NCBI GenBank assembly: GCA_034520885.1
Contig: JAXHNE010000002.1
Location: 4,787-68,786, forward strand
Direction: 5' to 3'
DNA: 64,000 nucleotides
Source of the DNA: Candidatus Saccharimonadota bacterium
GTDB lineage: Bacteria; Patescibacteriota; Saccharimonadia; Saccharimonadales; JAXHNE01
In this document: piece by piece, positions 9,923 through 18,720 of the stretch
Layout: each line of letters starts with the position of its first letter
Numbering within the stretch: position 1 is the stretch's first letter
Made by a program: the position numbers and the translations under genes
The notes under the pieces: model-generated
What the model was told of the DNA's origin: nothing
Database searches by the model: none
The model's input: only the letters and a program-made list of their open reading frames with translations

Positions 9923-10618
9923 TTACAAAAGGTTGTGTTCGATCATTTTGCGACAGAGTCCGGAACAGTTCAACGTAATTGTTGGTTCCACATAAATATT
10001 GGATAACTTTTTTATGTCTTTGCGCGTTAACGCAACGCGCAATAACTTAATGTGCGGAGCCGTAAACGTACCGTTTTCCGCCGGCGCGAACTGCATATCC
10101 GCCACGTTAAAATCATAGGTTTTGGATTCGTCCAGTGAATTCCCCGCCGTATCCCGCCGAAGATCGGGCACCGCGCCGAAAATATCCAGTACGTGCAAAT
10201 AAAACCAGACGTCCACCAAGTGATGATCCAGCTTGAGATCGTTCAACCCTTCCAGCCCGCCAGTCAACACACCAAAATACTCGCTGGCCTGGTCATGATT
10301 TTCATCGGCAATTTTATCGATAAGCTTTAGGTAGTCGTAGGCCTTCATGGTGCGGTCGATATCCTTGACGATATCGCCGAACTGCGTGTGCACGCGCGAG
10401 GACGTGAGGGTACGTAAATCACTCCTCCCCGTTAAAAGCGTTAGGTCATTCACCGCGAACAGCTCAATGCCTCCCGCCAGTTTGGACTTACTTTTGCGCA
10501 CGCCTTTGGCCATAACGCTTAATTTGCCCTGGTCTTTCGTGAGAACGGTGAGAATCCGATCCGCCTCCTGATAATTAGTGCGGCGCAACACGATGGCGCG
10601 AGTGGTAAGGTGGCTCAT
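9923..10618 (-). CDS. recO: DNA repair protein RecO
   Basis: The N-terminal OB-fold pattern TRAIVLRRTNYQEADRILTVLTKDQGKLSVMAKGVRKSKSKL is typical of RecO. Confidence 0.85.
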   Translation of the reverse strand: MSHLTTRAIVLRRTNYQEADRILTVLTKDQGKLSVMAKGVRKSKSKLAGGIELFAVNDLTLLTGRSDLRTLTSSRVHTQFGDIVKDIDRTMKAYDYLKLIDKIADENHDQASEYFGVLTGGLEGLNDLKLDHHLVDVWFYLHVLDIFGAVPDLRRDTAGNSLDESKTYDFNVADMQFAPAENGTFTAPHIKLLRVALTRKDIKKLSNIYVEPTITLNCSGLCRKMIEHNLL

Positions 10619-11031
10619 GACCGTACCGGGTTCGTCACTGATCGCACGGTTGAAACCAGTTGGGCGAGAGAGGCCTCCGGCTTGCGTAGATATGCCGCGA
10701 TACCCAGTTCGCTTAACACGGCTTCGTCGGAGGTAAATTGACCCGGGTCAACGTACGTGTGGAGCACCACGGGAATGTCTTGCAGATCACCGTAGGAGCG
10801 TAATTCGTGCAGAAACTCCACCCCGTTATGAGCGCCGAGCAAAAGTTCCAAGACGATGACGTCCGGCGAGGTTTCGTCCACGGCGGAAATCGCGGACTGC
10901 GCATCGCCGGCCACGTGGCACGTTCCGAGCGAACCGAGCGACTGGCAATACTGTTCGGCGAGCAACTTATCGGGTTCGATTACTAAAATCCGCATACCTC
11001 TAGAATACCGTTTCGTTGATTTGAATTCCAT
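10615..11031 (-). CDS. stand-alone receiver-domain protein, atypical (Glu at the phospho-acceptor position)
   Basis: MRILVIEPD...PDVIVLELLLGAHNGVEF...PVVLHT follows the receiver fold pattern, with LELL where LDL is expected. The stop overlaps the recO start by 4 nt. The start could instead be ATG 10995. Confidence 0.7.
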   Translation of the reverse strand: MEFKSTKRYSRGMRILVIEPDKLLAEQYCQSLGSLGTCHVAGDAQSAISAVDETSPDVIVLELLLGAHNGVEFLHELRSYGDLQDIPVVLHTYVDPGQFTSDEAVLSELGIAAYLRKPEASLAQLVSTVRSVTNPVRS

Positions 11032-11106
11032 TATTTTTTGTGGCTTGGCGAGCGTCTTTAAAGGGCAACAATCCCACGGAGTCCACTCCGTGCAAACCCC
11101 ACGCTG

Positions 11107-11826
11107 CTAAAGAAGCGAAAGCTGCGGACTGGGTGCCAGCGTAACCGCCAGCCCGTGCATTCCTTTGTGGCGCGATGGTCGCAAACTTACGTTGAGTTGG
11201 TTGAATAAGGCATCGGCAATAGCCACGCCGCTCATTGGCGAATGCGAGGTAGCCGGAAGCAGTTGGCGCGACGTACCGGCCAGGTCTTTTTGACGCTTGA
11301 AGGCTTTGGGGCGTACCGGCACGTCCGGTGAATACACGCCCGCCGTGAGCCCCCACCGAGTTCTATGTACGCCGAAAATAACTTCCGAGTCTTCGGTGTG
11401 TTCCGCGGCCTCAATGAACGCTAACCCCAAGGCACTAAGTCCGGAAGAAAGCAGCTTGGTATCGGTGTTTATGGGAGCGTGACGGCCTTGCGGTTGCAGC
11501 TTTAAAGAAGTTTGCTGTTGGCGGGCAATGCCGCTTAATTGTTCTGTCACCCGGTGCATCACGGCCGACAAGCCGATTTGAACGTTCAAAACCGGTTCGC
11601 CCCGTTCCTGGGCGTAACGCCGCCACGTAAGGTAGTGTTCTACCAAAAGTAAGCCGGCATCGGCCGATGTTTTAAGCGCGCTCACATCAAGCGCCGTAGT
11701 ATCCCGCTCGGCCAGTTCCGCGGCTTGGCGGGCGTACAAAAGCGGCCGCTTTACGTGCTCGGCAATCGCCGCCAAAAGCCGCTCGTCTTTTGCCTTAAAA
11801 CCGTCCACCGACATTCGTTGCGCCAT
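11107..11826 (-). CDS. soluble histidine-kinase-like protein with an H-box but a degenerate ATPase domain
   Basis: IAEHVKRPLLYARQAAEL resembles a HisKA H-box. I saw no clear N/G1/G2 boxes downstream and no TM segment. Confidence 0.5.
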   Translation of the reverse strand: MAQRMSVDGFKAKDERLLAAIAEHVKRPLLYARQAAELAERDTTALDVSALKTSADAGLLLVEHYLTWRRYAQERGEPVLNVQIGLSAVMHRVTEQLSGIARQQQTSLKLQPQGRHAPINTDTKLLSSGLSALGLAFIEAAEHTEDSEVIFGVHRTRWGLTAGVYSPDVPVRPKAFKRQKDLAGTSRQLLPATSHSPMSGVAIADALFNQLNVSLRPSRHKGMHGLAVTLAPSPQLSLL

Positions 11827-11907
11827 AAACGCTCGTTACCCTCTTGATTTACCGTGTAGTATAGCACCTCACGCGGCCTTCGTACCAACCGGCCCGTTAA
11901 CGGATGT

Positions 11908-12594
11908 TTACGGAACGAAGCTCATGTTTTTAAGAATAGCGTTGTTGAAATCTTTAATGAACGTATCGGTCAATACGCTGACCTTTATGGTTTTATCGCG
12001 CAGCGGGAAGAGCACCACACTCCCCTGTTTATCCCGTTCTACTTCGCCATCAATTCGCGAGCCGGAAACGTCGGGAACTTTATCCAGCGTTATGGGCGAC
12101 ACTTCTACTTCGCCGTCTTCCGCGGCGTTTGAGAAATCGTCCAACTCTTTGTCGTACGAACTTTCCAGAACTTCCAGTCTTAACGCAAAGGAAGTACCGG
12201 AATCCACGCCCGGTACGTAACTGGGGTGGAAGTAGCCGTTAATCGGCGTGCTGCCACTTTTTTTCTCGTTAACGTAAGCCGACCACGTTTTCGGGTAGTT
12301 GATGGAAACGGTGCCGAACTCACTCGGACCGGTGTAGTTTACTAGCGGCTCTTTCTCGCGTTCCTGGAAATCGGCTTCCAGTTCGGCTTTTTGCTCCTCT
12401 TTGGCGGTATTTACGGCTTCGTCGATTTTTGCCTGCGTGTTATCACGGTAGTCATTGCGGCTTTGCATCATCATGAAACCCCATACCAAAGCACCGATCA
12501 ACGCGAGTGACAGCACGGTAACCGCGATAATCCAGGCCCATGGTCTTTGCCCTTTTATCTGTGATGCGGACCGGGGTTGTTGTGGCGGCTGCAC
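11908..12594 (-). CDS. membrane-anchored hypothetical protein (Pro/Gln N-terminus, one TM, extracytoplasmic domain)
   Basis: 228-aa ORF starting at GTG. The TM is WAWIIAVTVLSLALIGALVWGFMMM. It has the same architecture as the gene at 31783-33003. Confidence 0.6.
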   Translation of the reverse strand: MQPPQQPRSASQIKGQRPWAWIIAVTVLSLALIGALVWGFMMMQSRNDYRDNTQAKIDEAVNTAKEEQKAELEADFQEREKEPLVNYTGPSEFGTVSINYPKTWSAYVNEKKSGSTPINGYFHPSYVPGVDSGTSFALRLEVLESSYDKELDDFSNAAEDGEVEVSPITLDKVPDVSGSRIDGEVERDKQGSVVLFPLRDKTIKVSVLTDTFIKDFNNAILKNMSFVP

Positions 12595-12746
12595 CTGCCC
12601 GGAAGACGGTTGCGACGGGCCTTGTGGCGCGCTGGGTTGGAATAAATCAGGCCGTTGGTTTTGGTTCGTTTTCCGGTGCTCCCACGGTTATGTTCTACAT
12701 GATACCAGGATCCAGTACTTCCGTACAAGAAGAGCCCGGCGCTGCA

Positions 12747-13202
12747 TTACTTCTTTATCACCCTACCGGGAACTTTAAAGGCAAAGCTCACTAGTTTGAT
12801 TGATTTACCAGAATATTCTTGGGTAATTTTATTATCCAGTTTTTTCATGTATCGCTGTAATAAAAATACGAAGATCGCATCGGCTTCCGGCATTTTTTTA
12901 CGCCAAAAATTACCCCACACTATCTTTACCTGACCCCTGTACTTACGCGTGCGAACCCAAGAAAACAACGCTAGTACCGGATTCAGTTCATAGCCGACCA
13001 CTTTGTAGCCGCGTTTTGCCGCTGCTGCGACCACCCGGCCGTCTCCGCAGCCAAGCTCCAGCAATGTCTCCCCTTCTTTAAGATCCGCTAAATTCAGCGC
13101 CCTATCAATCTGCGGCGAAAGCGTCGGCAAATACGGCGCCCCGAAAAACACCACGAAAGCGAAGCCCAAAAAAACTCCGACAATGGCAAAAACAATCAAC
13201 AT
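12747..13202 (-). CDS. class I SAM-dependent methyltransferase (small, N-terminal TM)
   Basis: Motif I: LLELGCGDGRVVAAAAKRG. Confidence 0.75.
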   Translation of the reverse strand: MLIVFAIVGVFLGFAFVVFFGAPYLPTLSPQIDRALNLADLKEGETLLELGCGDGRVVAAAAKRGYKVVGYELNPVLALFSWVRTRKYRGQVKIVWGNFWRKKMPEADAIFVFLLQRYMKKLDNKITQEYSGKSIKLVSFAFKVPGRVIKK

Positions 13203-13236
13203 ACTCCAGCCATTGTAGCGTACGCCCGAGTTTTAG

Positions 13237-14286
13237 CTACGTTTTGGTGACATTGGCATTGGCGTCAATAATTCCACCGAGTTCACAGGTATCCGAACCG
13301 TGTTTTGCCACGGCATTCACATCCGTCACGACGCCGAGCATATACGGCGCACTCAAATTATTCGCTTTATTGGGAGCGAATACCGGCGAGCCTTCGGCGA
13401 TGTCGGCACTACATGAGGACGAGGCTTCCTCCTCGTCAGCTTTAAAAGCCAGCAGGCCGCTTCTCCCCGGCAAAAAATCTATAGTACGCGTATCGAGTTG
13501 CCCGTTGTTAGCAATTGGCAGTTCTCCGACGCCTCTTTCCGCTTCACTGGCAACTACCAGCCCGCGGCCGTCATGCAAGGAAGCCGCTTTGGCGGGAGTA
13601 ATCAGTCCTTGTTCCTCGGCGTCGCGCAACAGTTGGGCGTCCGCGAGGGGAACGAACGCCACGGAAGTAGAAAGATTACTTGGGGCGCCATAGAAATCTT
13701 CCGGAAGTAAATTAATTGGAAGACTCCCCCGCTCTCCGTCTACCGAACGGAGAGGAACCTCGATACGCACGGCGCAATCGTCTTTTCGCCGTTCTTTGGT
13801 GACCAAGCCCGTAGAGGTTACGATTGCCAACCCGTTTTTGGTATCTAATAGCCCGGCTTTACCGCTTTGGCGGACTTCCCAATCCTCCGCACCGACTTCG
13901 CTGCTACACACCGTCGACAGCGCGAGATCACCGGCGTTTATTATGGCCAGTTTTTCCTGCTTGATTAATGTCGGCTCGGTATCCAGTTCGTCTTCCAGTT
14001 CCTCGATAACGTTTGGTGAGTCCATAGGAACGGCGGGTGCGGGCGTATCAGGAACGGTGATTTCCCGTTCCGCGTTGTACGCTCCATACAAAAGGCCGTA
14101 AACGATAACGGCACCGAGTGCCGGGAACAAAAACTTCGAGTCCCGAACTCGCTCAATTAAACCGCGCCGCGAGGCATCGTTTTGCGCAGTATCTTGATGA
14201 GCAAACTCATCCCAGGCCGCGGGATCATTAACGATCGGGTTCTTGACGCGCTCCAACTGCTCCGGGCTAAAATAAAAATCTGACAT
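13237..14286 (-). CDS. membrane-anchored hypothetical protein
   Basis: 349-aa ORF with one TM (FLFPALGAVIVYGLLYGAY). No motif I recognise. Confidence 0.55.
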   Translation of the reverse strand: MSDFYFSPEQLERVKNPIVNDPAAWDEFAHQDTAQNDASRRGLIERVRDSKFLFPALGAVIVYGLLYGAYNAEREITVPDTPAPAVPMDSPNVIEELEDELDTEPTLIKQEKLAIINAGDLALSTVCSSEVGAEDWEVRQSGKAGLLDTKNGLAIVTSTGLVTKERRKDDCAVRIEVPLRSVDGERGSLPINLLPEDFYGAPSNLSTSVAFVPLADAQLLRDAEEQGLITPAKAASLHDGRGLVVASEAERGVGELPIANNGQLDTRTIDFLPGRSGLLAFKADEEEASSSCSADIAEGSPVFAPNKANNLSAPYMLGVVTDVNAVAKHGSDTCELGGIIDANANVTKT

Positions 14287-14331
14287 ACGAAAATGTATTA
14301 TATAACTAATTACATAACTTTCAAGTTTTTG

Positions 14332-14520
14332 TTATTGCTCGATCTTCTTTATCTTGTTCTCGGCCGCCTTGAGCTTGGCTTCCAGCTGCTTAATCAATTC
14401 GGCGCCGCGTTCGTACTTTTTAAAAGCTTCGTCGATATCGATATCTTCCGACTCCAGCTCCGCAAACACCTCGTCCAGTTCTTCGCGTAGTTGCTGATAA
14501 GTTTTATCTGTCATGACCAT
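14332..14520 (-). CDS. xseB: exodeoxyribonuclease VII small subunit
   Basis: 62-aa helical protein; ...LREELDEVFAELESEDIDIDEAFKKYERGAELIKQL is the typical XseB pattern. Confidence 0.85.
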   Translation of the reverse strand: MVMTDKTYQQLREELDEVFAELESEDIDIDEAFKKYERGAELIKQLEAKLKAAENKIKKIEQ

Positions 14521-14935
14521 TAGTTTATAGGTTTTAGTGGTTAGATGCTAGAGATTAGGGGTTAGAGGTTAGTAGGTGGAAGGCGGTAAGCGACTTCGTC
14601 GCAATAGACGATAGATGAGAATTAATAGGTGATAGATGAGGGGTGATGGGTCGTATAGTTGGTAGGTGGCAGTTCTATAGTTCTGAGTAGTGAGTGGTGA
14701 GCTTCAGATAATACTAGAATTAATATCTAGTATTAATTCTAGTATTATTGAAACTTACCAGGCACGAACTGGAAGATAGCAGTTGGCAAGCGGGAAGCTT
14801 TTAGACCCGGAACCGCCGCCACCTCGTTTATCACCTATTAATTCTCATCTATCGTCCTATTGCCTACCGAAGTCGCCTACCTCTTATCTATCACCTATCG
14901 ACTATTATCTATTAACTCTCACCTATGCGGCTTTG
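14521..14935. mobile_element. foldback (MITE/IVS-like) element with heptamer-word arms, a long inverted repeat and a 42-bp AT palindrome
   Basis: The left half is C-poor and the right half is its G-poor complement. 14590-14634 is the inverted repeat of 14829-14876. The near-perfect palindrome is at 14708-14749. There is no ORF, and the element separates xseB from xseA. Confidence 0.7.
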
Positions 14936-16057
14936 CCGCACCTCCCCTTTGCGTGCCGTAAATCTACCCTTGCTTAGTTGAATATCCAGCTCTGCCCCAC
15001 CGGGGATTTTACTTGCGTCACGGGCGGCTTTTCCGTTATGCCGCACCACGGCGAAACCGCGTTTTAACACGTGCTGTGGACTATAAGCTTGTAATAATTT
15101 TTTGCGCTGCTCTAGCGCCTCACGCTGGACGACAAGTTTATCCCGTAACACGTCAAATAGCTGCCGTTTTTGCCGATCCAGCTCGGTTTTGCCCGCGTGC
15201 AACAGTGAACGCAGCAGCCTCGCCAACTCCTGCTGAGAACTTAAAAGTTGCCGGCGTTGATCGCGCTTATCCGGCACCAGCAATTCCGCCGCGTTGCTGG
15301 GCGTGCTGGCGCGCTGATCGGCGGCCTGCTCCGCCAAACTGGTGTCTACCTCGTGCCCGATGGCCACCAAAGTCGGGATCCGGCTGGCGGCAACGGCGCG
15401 CGTCACGTGCTCGTCACTAAAAGCAGCTAGGTCGTCGGCGCTGCCGCCACCTCTGGTAATCACCAGCACGTCAACCGCGTAGTCGGAGTGCGTGTTAAAT
15501 AATTCGATGGCACCGGCGATTTGCCTGGGCGCCACCTCGCCCTGGACTTGGACGTCTTTGTGCAAAATCTCAATCCCCTGCCAACGCGCATTCAACACCT
15601 TTATAAAATCCTTGTAGGCGGCCGATTCGCCGGAGGTGATCAATCCGATTCGTTCCGGCGGATACGGCAAGGTTCGCTTACGCGCGGGATCGAACAGCCC
15701 TTCTTTCGTCAGCTTGGCTTCCAAAAGCGCGGCGGCTTTTTTAATGCTGCCCTCCCCGCTAGGGCGCACACTCCGCAAGTTAATACTGAACCCGAAACGC
15801 GGGTGCAAACGTGGCGTACCGTTAATTTTTACCAGCATACCGTCTTCCAGCGGCCCCGGGAGCTGATACACGCTGCCAAAACACTTTACGCTGGCTTCGT
15901 CATCTTTGACATCGAAATACACCCACTTGTTTTTGCTAATCCGAAAGTTGGCAATCTCACCCTCTACGACCACGTGCGAAAGCGCGAACTCTAGCGTTTG
16001 ATTCACCGTGGCCACGAATTCGACCGGCCGCATCACCAATTCTTCTTGCTCATGCAT
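14912..16057 (-). CDS. xseA: exodeoxyribonuclease VII large subunit
   Basis: OB-fold N-terminus, GLITSGESAAYKDF, VLVITRGGGSADDLAAF, and a coiled-coil C-terminus. The last roughly 8 codons and the stop lie inside the foldback element. Confidence 0.9.
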   Translation of the reverse strand: MHEQEELVMRPVEFVATVNQTLEFALSHVVVEGEIANFRISKNKWVYFDVKDDEASVKCFGSVYQLPGPLEDGMLVKINGTPRLHPRFGFSINLRSVRPSGEGSIKKAAALLEAKLTKEGLFDPARKRTLPYPPERIGLITSGESAAYKDFIKVLNARWQGIEILHKDVQVQGEVAPRQIAGAIELFNTHSDYAVDVLVITRGGGSADDLAAFSDEHVTRAVAASRIPTLVAIGHEVDTSLAEQAADQRASTPSNAAELLVPDKRDQRRQLLSSQQELARLLRSLLHAGKTELDRQKRQLFDVLRDKLVVQREALEQRKKLLQAYSPQHVLKRGFAVVRHNGKAARDASKIPGGAELDIQLSKGRFTARKGEVRQSRIGES

Positions 16058-16098
16058 GATTTTATTATTCCATCTTTTCGAGCAACAACCAAAAAAGC

Positions 16099-17154
16099 TT
16101 ATGTTGTAGTGTTGTTTGCTTGCTCTTGGAGGTTCTTTTGGTAGAAGAAGTAGCCAACGGGAAGCTGGATGCCCATGCTGACCACCCGGAACGCCAAGAC
16201 AACGGGCAAACTCAGGGCGGCCGGAACGCCCGACGCCGCGAACACACCGGTCATCAAGGCCTCGTAAATGCCCACGCCGCCCGGGAGAACCGAAATAATT
16301 CCCGCAAAGTTAGCCACCGCGTACGCAATAATCACTGCCCCCGGATTTATAAAGCTCCCGAATGCCATAAAGACGCTCATAATCGCGCTAACTTCCGCCA
16401 AATTGGCCAAAAGCGCGAACAGCAGCGGTTTTTTTAGCTGCGTAAAATCTTTTCTGATCTTCATGTAGTTTTCGTGCAGCTCGGTGAACATACCTTTTAC
16501 GCGGTCAACATTTATGGTTTCGGGGTGTTTGGGCCGAACGAAATGAATCGCCCGATTCAAAAACTTGGTCAGCGCCGTAAAAAAGCCGTTGATGCGTTTT
16601 TTGCTGCCGATAATATAAGCCACCACCGCGGTGCCAACCAGCAATAGCGTGGCCAGCGAACCGGACACCAAAATCACGAAGTCGTTGGCATCGCCCCCTA
16701 AAGCAAGCAGTAAAAGCCCGATTCCTAGCAAAACTTGAAAGGCTATGAATAATAGTACGAAGCGCATCAGCTGCACCAAGGTGGTTTTCCCACTGGTAAC
16801 CCGCTCGCTCTTCATGCGCAGGCCAAGATACGAAAAGCCGCTTACTCCCCCGCTGGGGAACACGTTGTTGACGAAATTAAGCTCCAGACTGAGTCGAAAC
16901 ATCGCTTTGATACGAAAACGTTCGCCGAAAATCCGAAACACTGATTGGTACATGCGCCCCTGTGAATAGTGATTCGTAATGGCCAGTGGCACCAAAGCAC
17001 CGATCCACAGTAAGTTGGCATTACGCAAGTTGGTGATGGTTTCCGATATTTGCTCACGCAGGGCATAGACCGCCAACGCCAAGGCAATGAAAGTGATGAC
17101 CGTCAGAACGATCCTCCAGTTTAACCGTCTTTTTACTTCACGCATCCCGTCCAT
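16099..17154 (-). CDS. flippase-like / lysylphosphatidylglycerol-synthase TM-region family membrane protein (UPF0104)
   Basis: 351 aa with about 8 TM helices and a general UPF0104-like layout. Confidence 0.6.
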   Translation of the reverse strand: MDGMREVKRRLNWRIVLTVITFIALALAVYALREQISETITNLRNANLLWIGALVPLAITNHYSQGRMYQSVFRIFGERFRIKAMFRLSLELNFVNNVFPSGGVSGFSYLGLRMKSERVTSGKTTLVQLMRFVLLFIAFQVLLGIGLLLLALGGDANDFVILVSGSLATLLLVGTAVVAYIIGSKKRINGFFTALTKFLNRAIHFVRPKHPETINVDRVKGMFTELHENYMKIRKDFTQLKKPLLFALLANLAEVSAIMSVFMAFGSFINPGAVIIAYAVANFAGIISVLPGGVGIYEALMTGVFAASGVPAALSLPVVLAFRVVSMGIQLPVGYFFYQKNLQEQANNTTT

Positions 17155-17211
17155 TGTAGCGCAAGGGGTCGCTTCGTGCGAGTAATAACAAGATAACGTA
17201 TACTTGGTGTC

Positions 17212-18513
17212 ATGAAGTCACTGGCAATTTTAGGACGGCAACCGGCAATTGGCCTTGCGGAGCTGGAGTCGCTGTATGGCGCCGAAGCCGTACGACCCGT
17301 CGGCGAAAACGCCGTTACCGTTAACATCGCCCCCGATCAAATTGAGTTCAGGCGGCTGGGGGGCACGGTAAAGCTCGCCAAATTATTGACAGTTTTAGAT
17401 TTTACGAACTGGGATAAAATTGAAGATTTTCTGGCCGAGGAACTCCCCAAGCACACCTGTTGCATTACGGAAGGCAAACTGACGCTGGGGCTGAGCGCCT
17501 ACGGGTTCAAAATGAGTCCCAAAAAATTAAACGCCACTGCCCTGTCGCTGAAAAAGACCATCAAAGCCACCGACCGGCCGGTAAGAATTGTACCCAATAA
17601 GTCACTGGAGCTTTCCAGTGCACAGGTACTGCATAACAAATTATTTACCTCGCACAATTGGGAGCTCATTTTGCTGCGTGACGGCAACGAAACCTACCTG
17701 GCACAAACTACCAACGTGCAAGATATCGACGCTTACGCCGCCCGCGACCAAGCCCGGCCGGCCCGGGACGCAAAGGTCGGCATGCTCCCACCGAAATTAG
17801 CCCAAACGATAATTAATTTGGCTGTAGGCCAAATTAAAAAGATTGAAGATCGAGGACAGGAGAACGAAGAAAAAAACCCTCAATCCTCAATCCCCCATCC
17901 TCTATCAGTTTTTGATCCGTTTTGCGGAACGGGCGTGATACTACAAGAAGCGCTACTAATGGGATATCAAGTGACTGGAACGGATCTCGATGCACGTATG
18001 GTCGAATACGCCCGGCGCAACATGGACTGGCTCCAGCAAAAATGGAAGGTGGAAGGTGGAAGATGGAAGGTGGCAGGTGGCAAATGGAAGGTGGAAAATG
18101 GCGATGCAACGGATTACTCCTGGCCTGCGCTCTCAGCTTCCGGCTCTCGGCTCTCGGCTACCATCGCTTGCGAAACGTACTTGGGACGACCGTTTTCTTC
18201 CGCGCCGGATCACGCTACGCTGCAAAAAGTCATGCGTGACGTGGACACCATCCACGAAAAGTTTTTAAAAAACGTGGCCTCGCAGACGGAGTCGGGTTTT
18301 CGAATGTGCCTCGCCGTGCCGGCATGGGCACGCCACAGACAACAGACAACAGACAACAGACAACAGACTTTTAGGCATTTACCGGTGCTTGAAAAATTGA
18401 ACGAACTGGGGTATACTCGATTAAGTTTTGCTCACGCAAGAAACGAGGAGTTGATCTATCACCGAGAAGGTCAAATCGTCGGCCGTGAGCTCGTCGTTCT
18501 AAAAAGAACGTAA
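17212..18513 (+). CDS. RNA (guanine-N2-type, Trm11/UPF0020-like) methyltransferase carrying three in-frame low-complexity inserts
   Basis: N-terminal THUMP-like region and SAM motif I VFDPFCGTGVILQEALLMG. The inserts are at 17841-17906, 18038-18165 and 18335-18368. Confidence 0.7.
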   Translation: MKSLAILGRQPAIGLAELESLYGAEAVRPVGENAVTVNIAPDQIEFRRLGGTVKLAKLLTVLDFTNWDKIEDFLAEELPKHTCCITEGKLTLGLSAYGFKMSPKKLNATALSLKKTIKATDRPVRIVPNKSLELSSAQVLHNKLFTSHNWELILLRDGNETYLAQTTNVQDIDAYAARDQARPARDAKVGMLPPKLAQTIINLAVGQIKKIEDRGQENEEKNPQSSIPHPLSVFDPFCGTGVILQEALLMGYQVTGTDLDARMVEYARRNMDWLQQKWKVEGGRWKVAGGKWKVENGDATDYSWPALSASGSRLSATIACETYLGRPFSSAPDHATLQKVMRDVDTIHEKFLKNVASQTESGFRMCLAVPAWARHRQQTTDNRQQTFRHLPVLEKLNELGYTRLSFAHARNEELIYHREGQIVGRELVVLKRT

Positions 18514-18720
18514 AGCAAGAAGTTAATTAACAAACTGATGCCGAGAAATTCAGGGTTTTCCCTGCGCCGATGAATGGCGGTTTGACAGCGAAGCACGGAC
18601 CGAGCCGTACTACAAGTACGGTGAAGGGGGTACTGGAGCTGGCAAACCGGCAGTCGCGGCGAGCTCATGCGGAGTCAGATGCTCTGCATCTGAGCAGGCA
18701 TTAGCGACAGGAGAAGCCTG

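Noticed and set aside
18595-18626. Group II intron domain V (GAGCCGTAC...GTACGG resembles the D5 consensus start and end)
   Set aside because: The stem is only 5-6 bp with a 5-nt loop. It lacks the 2-nt bulge, the 34-nt length and a GNRA loop, and there is no intron-encoded protein or other domains nearby.
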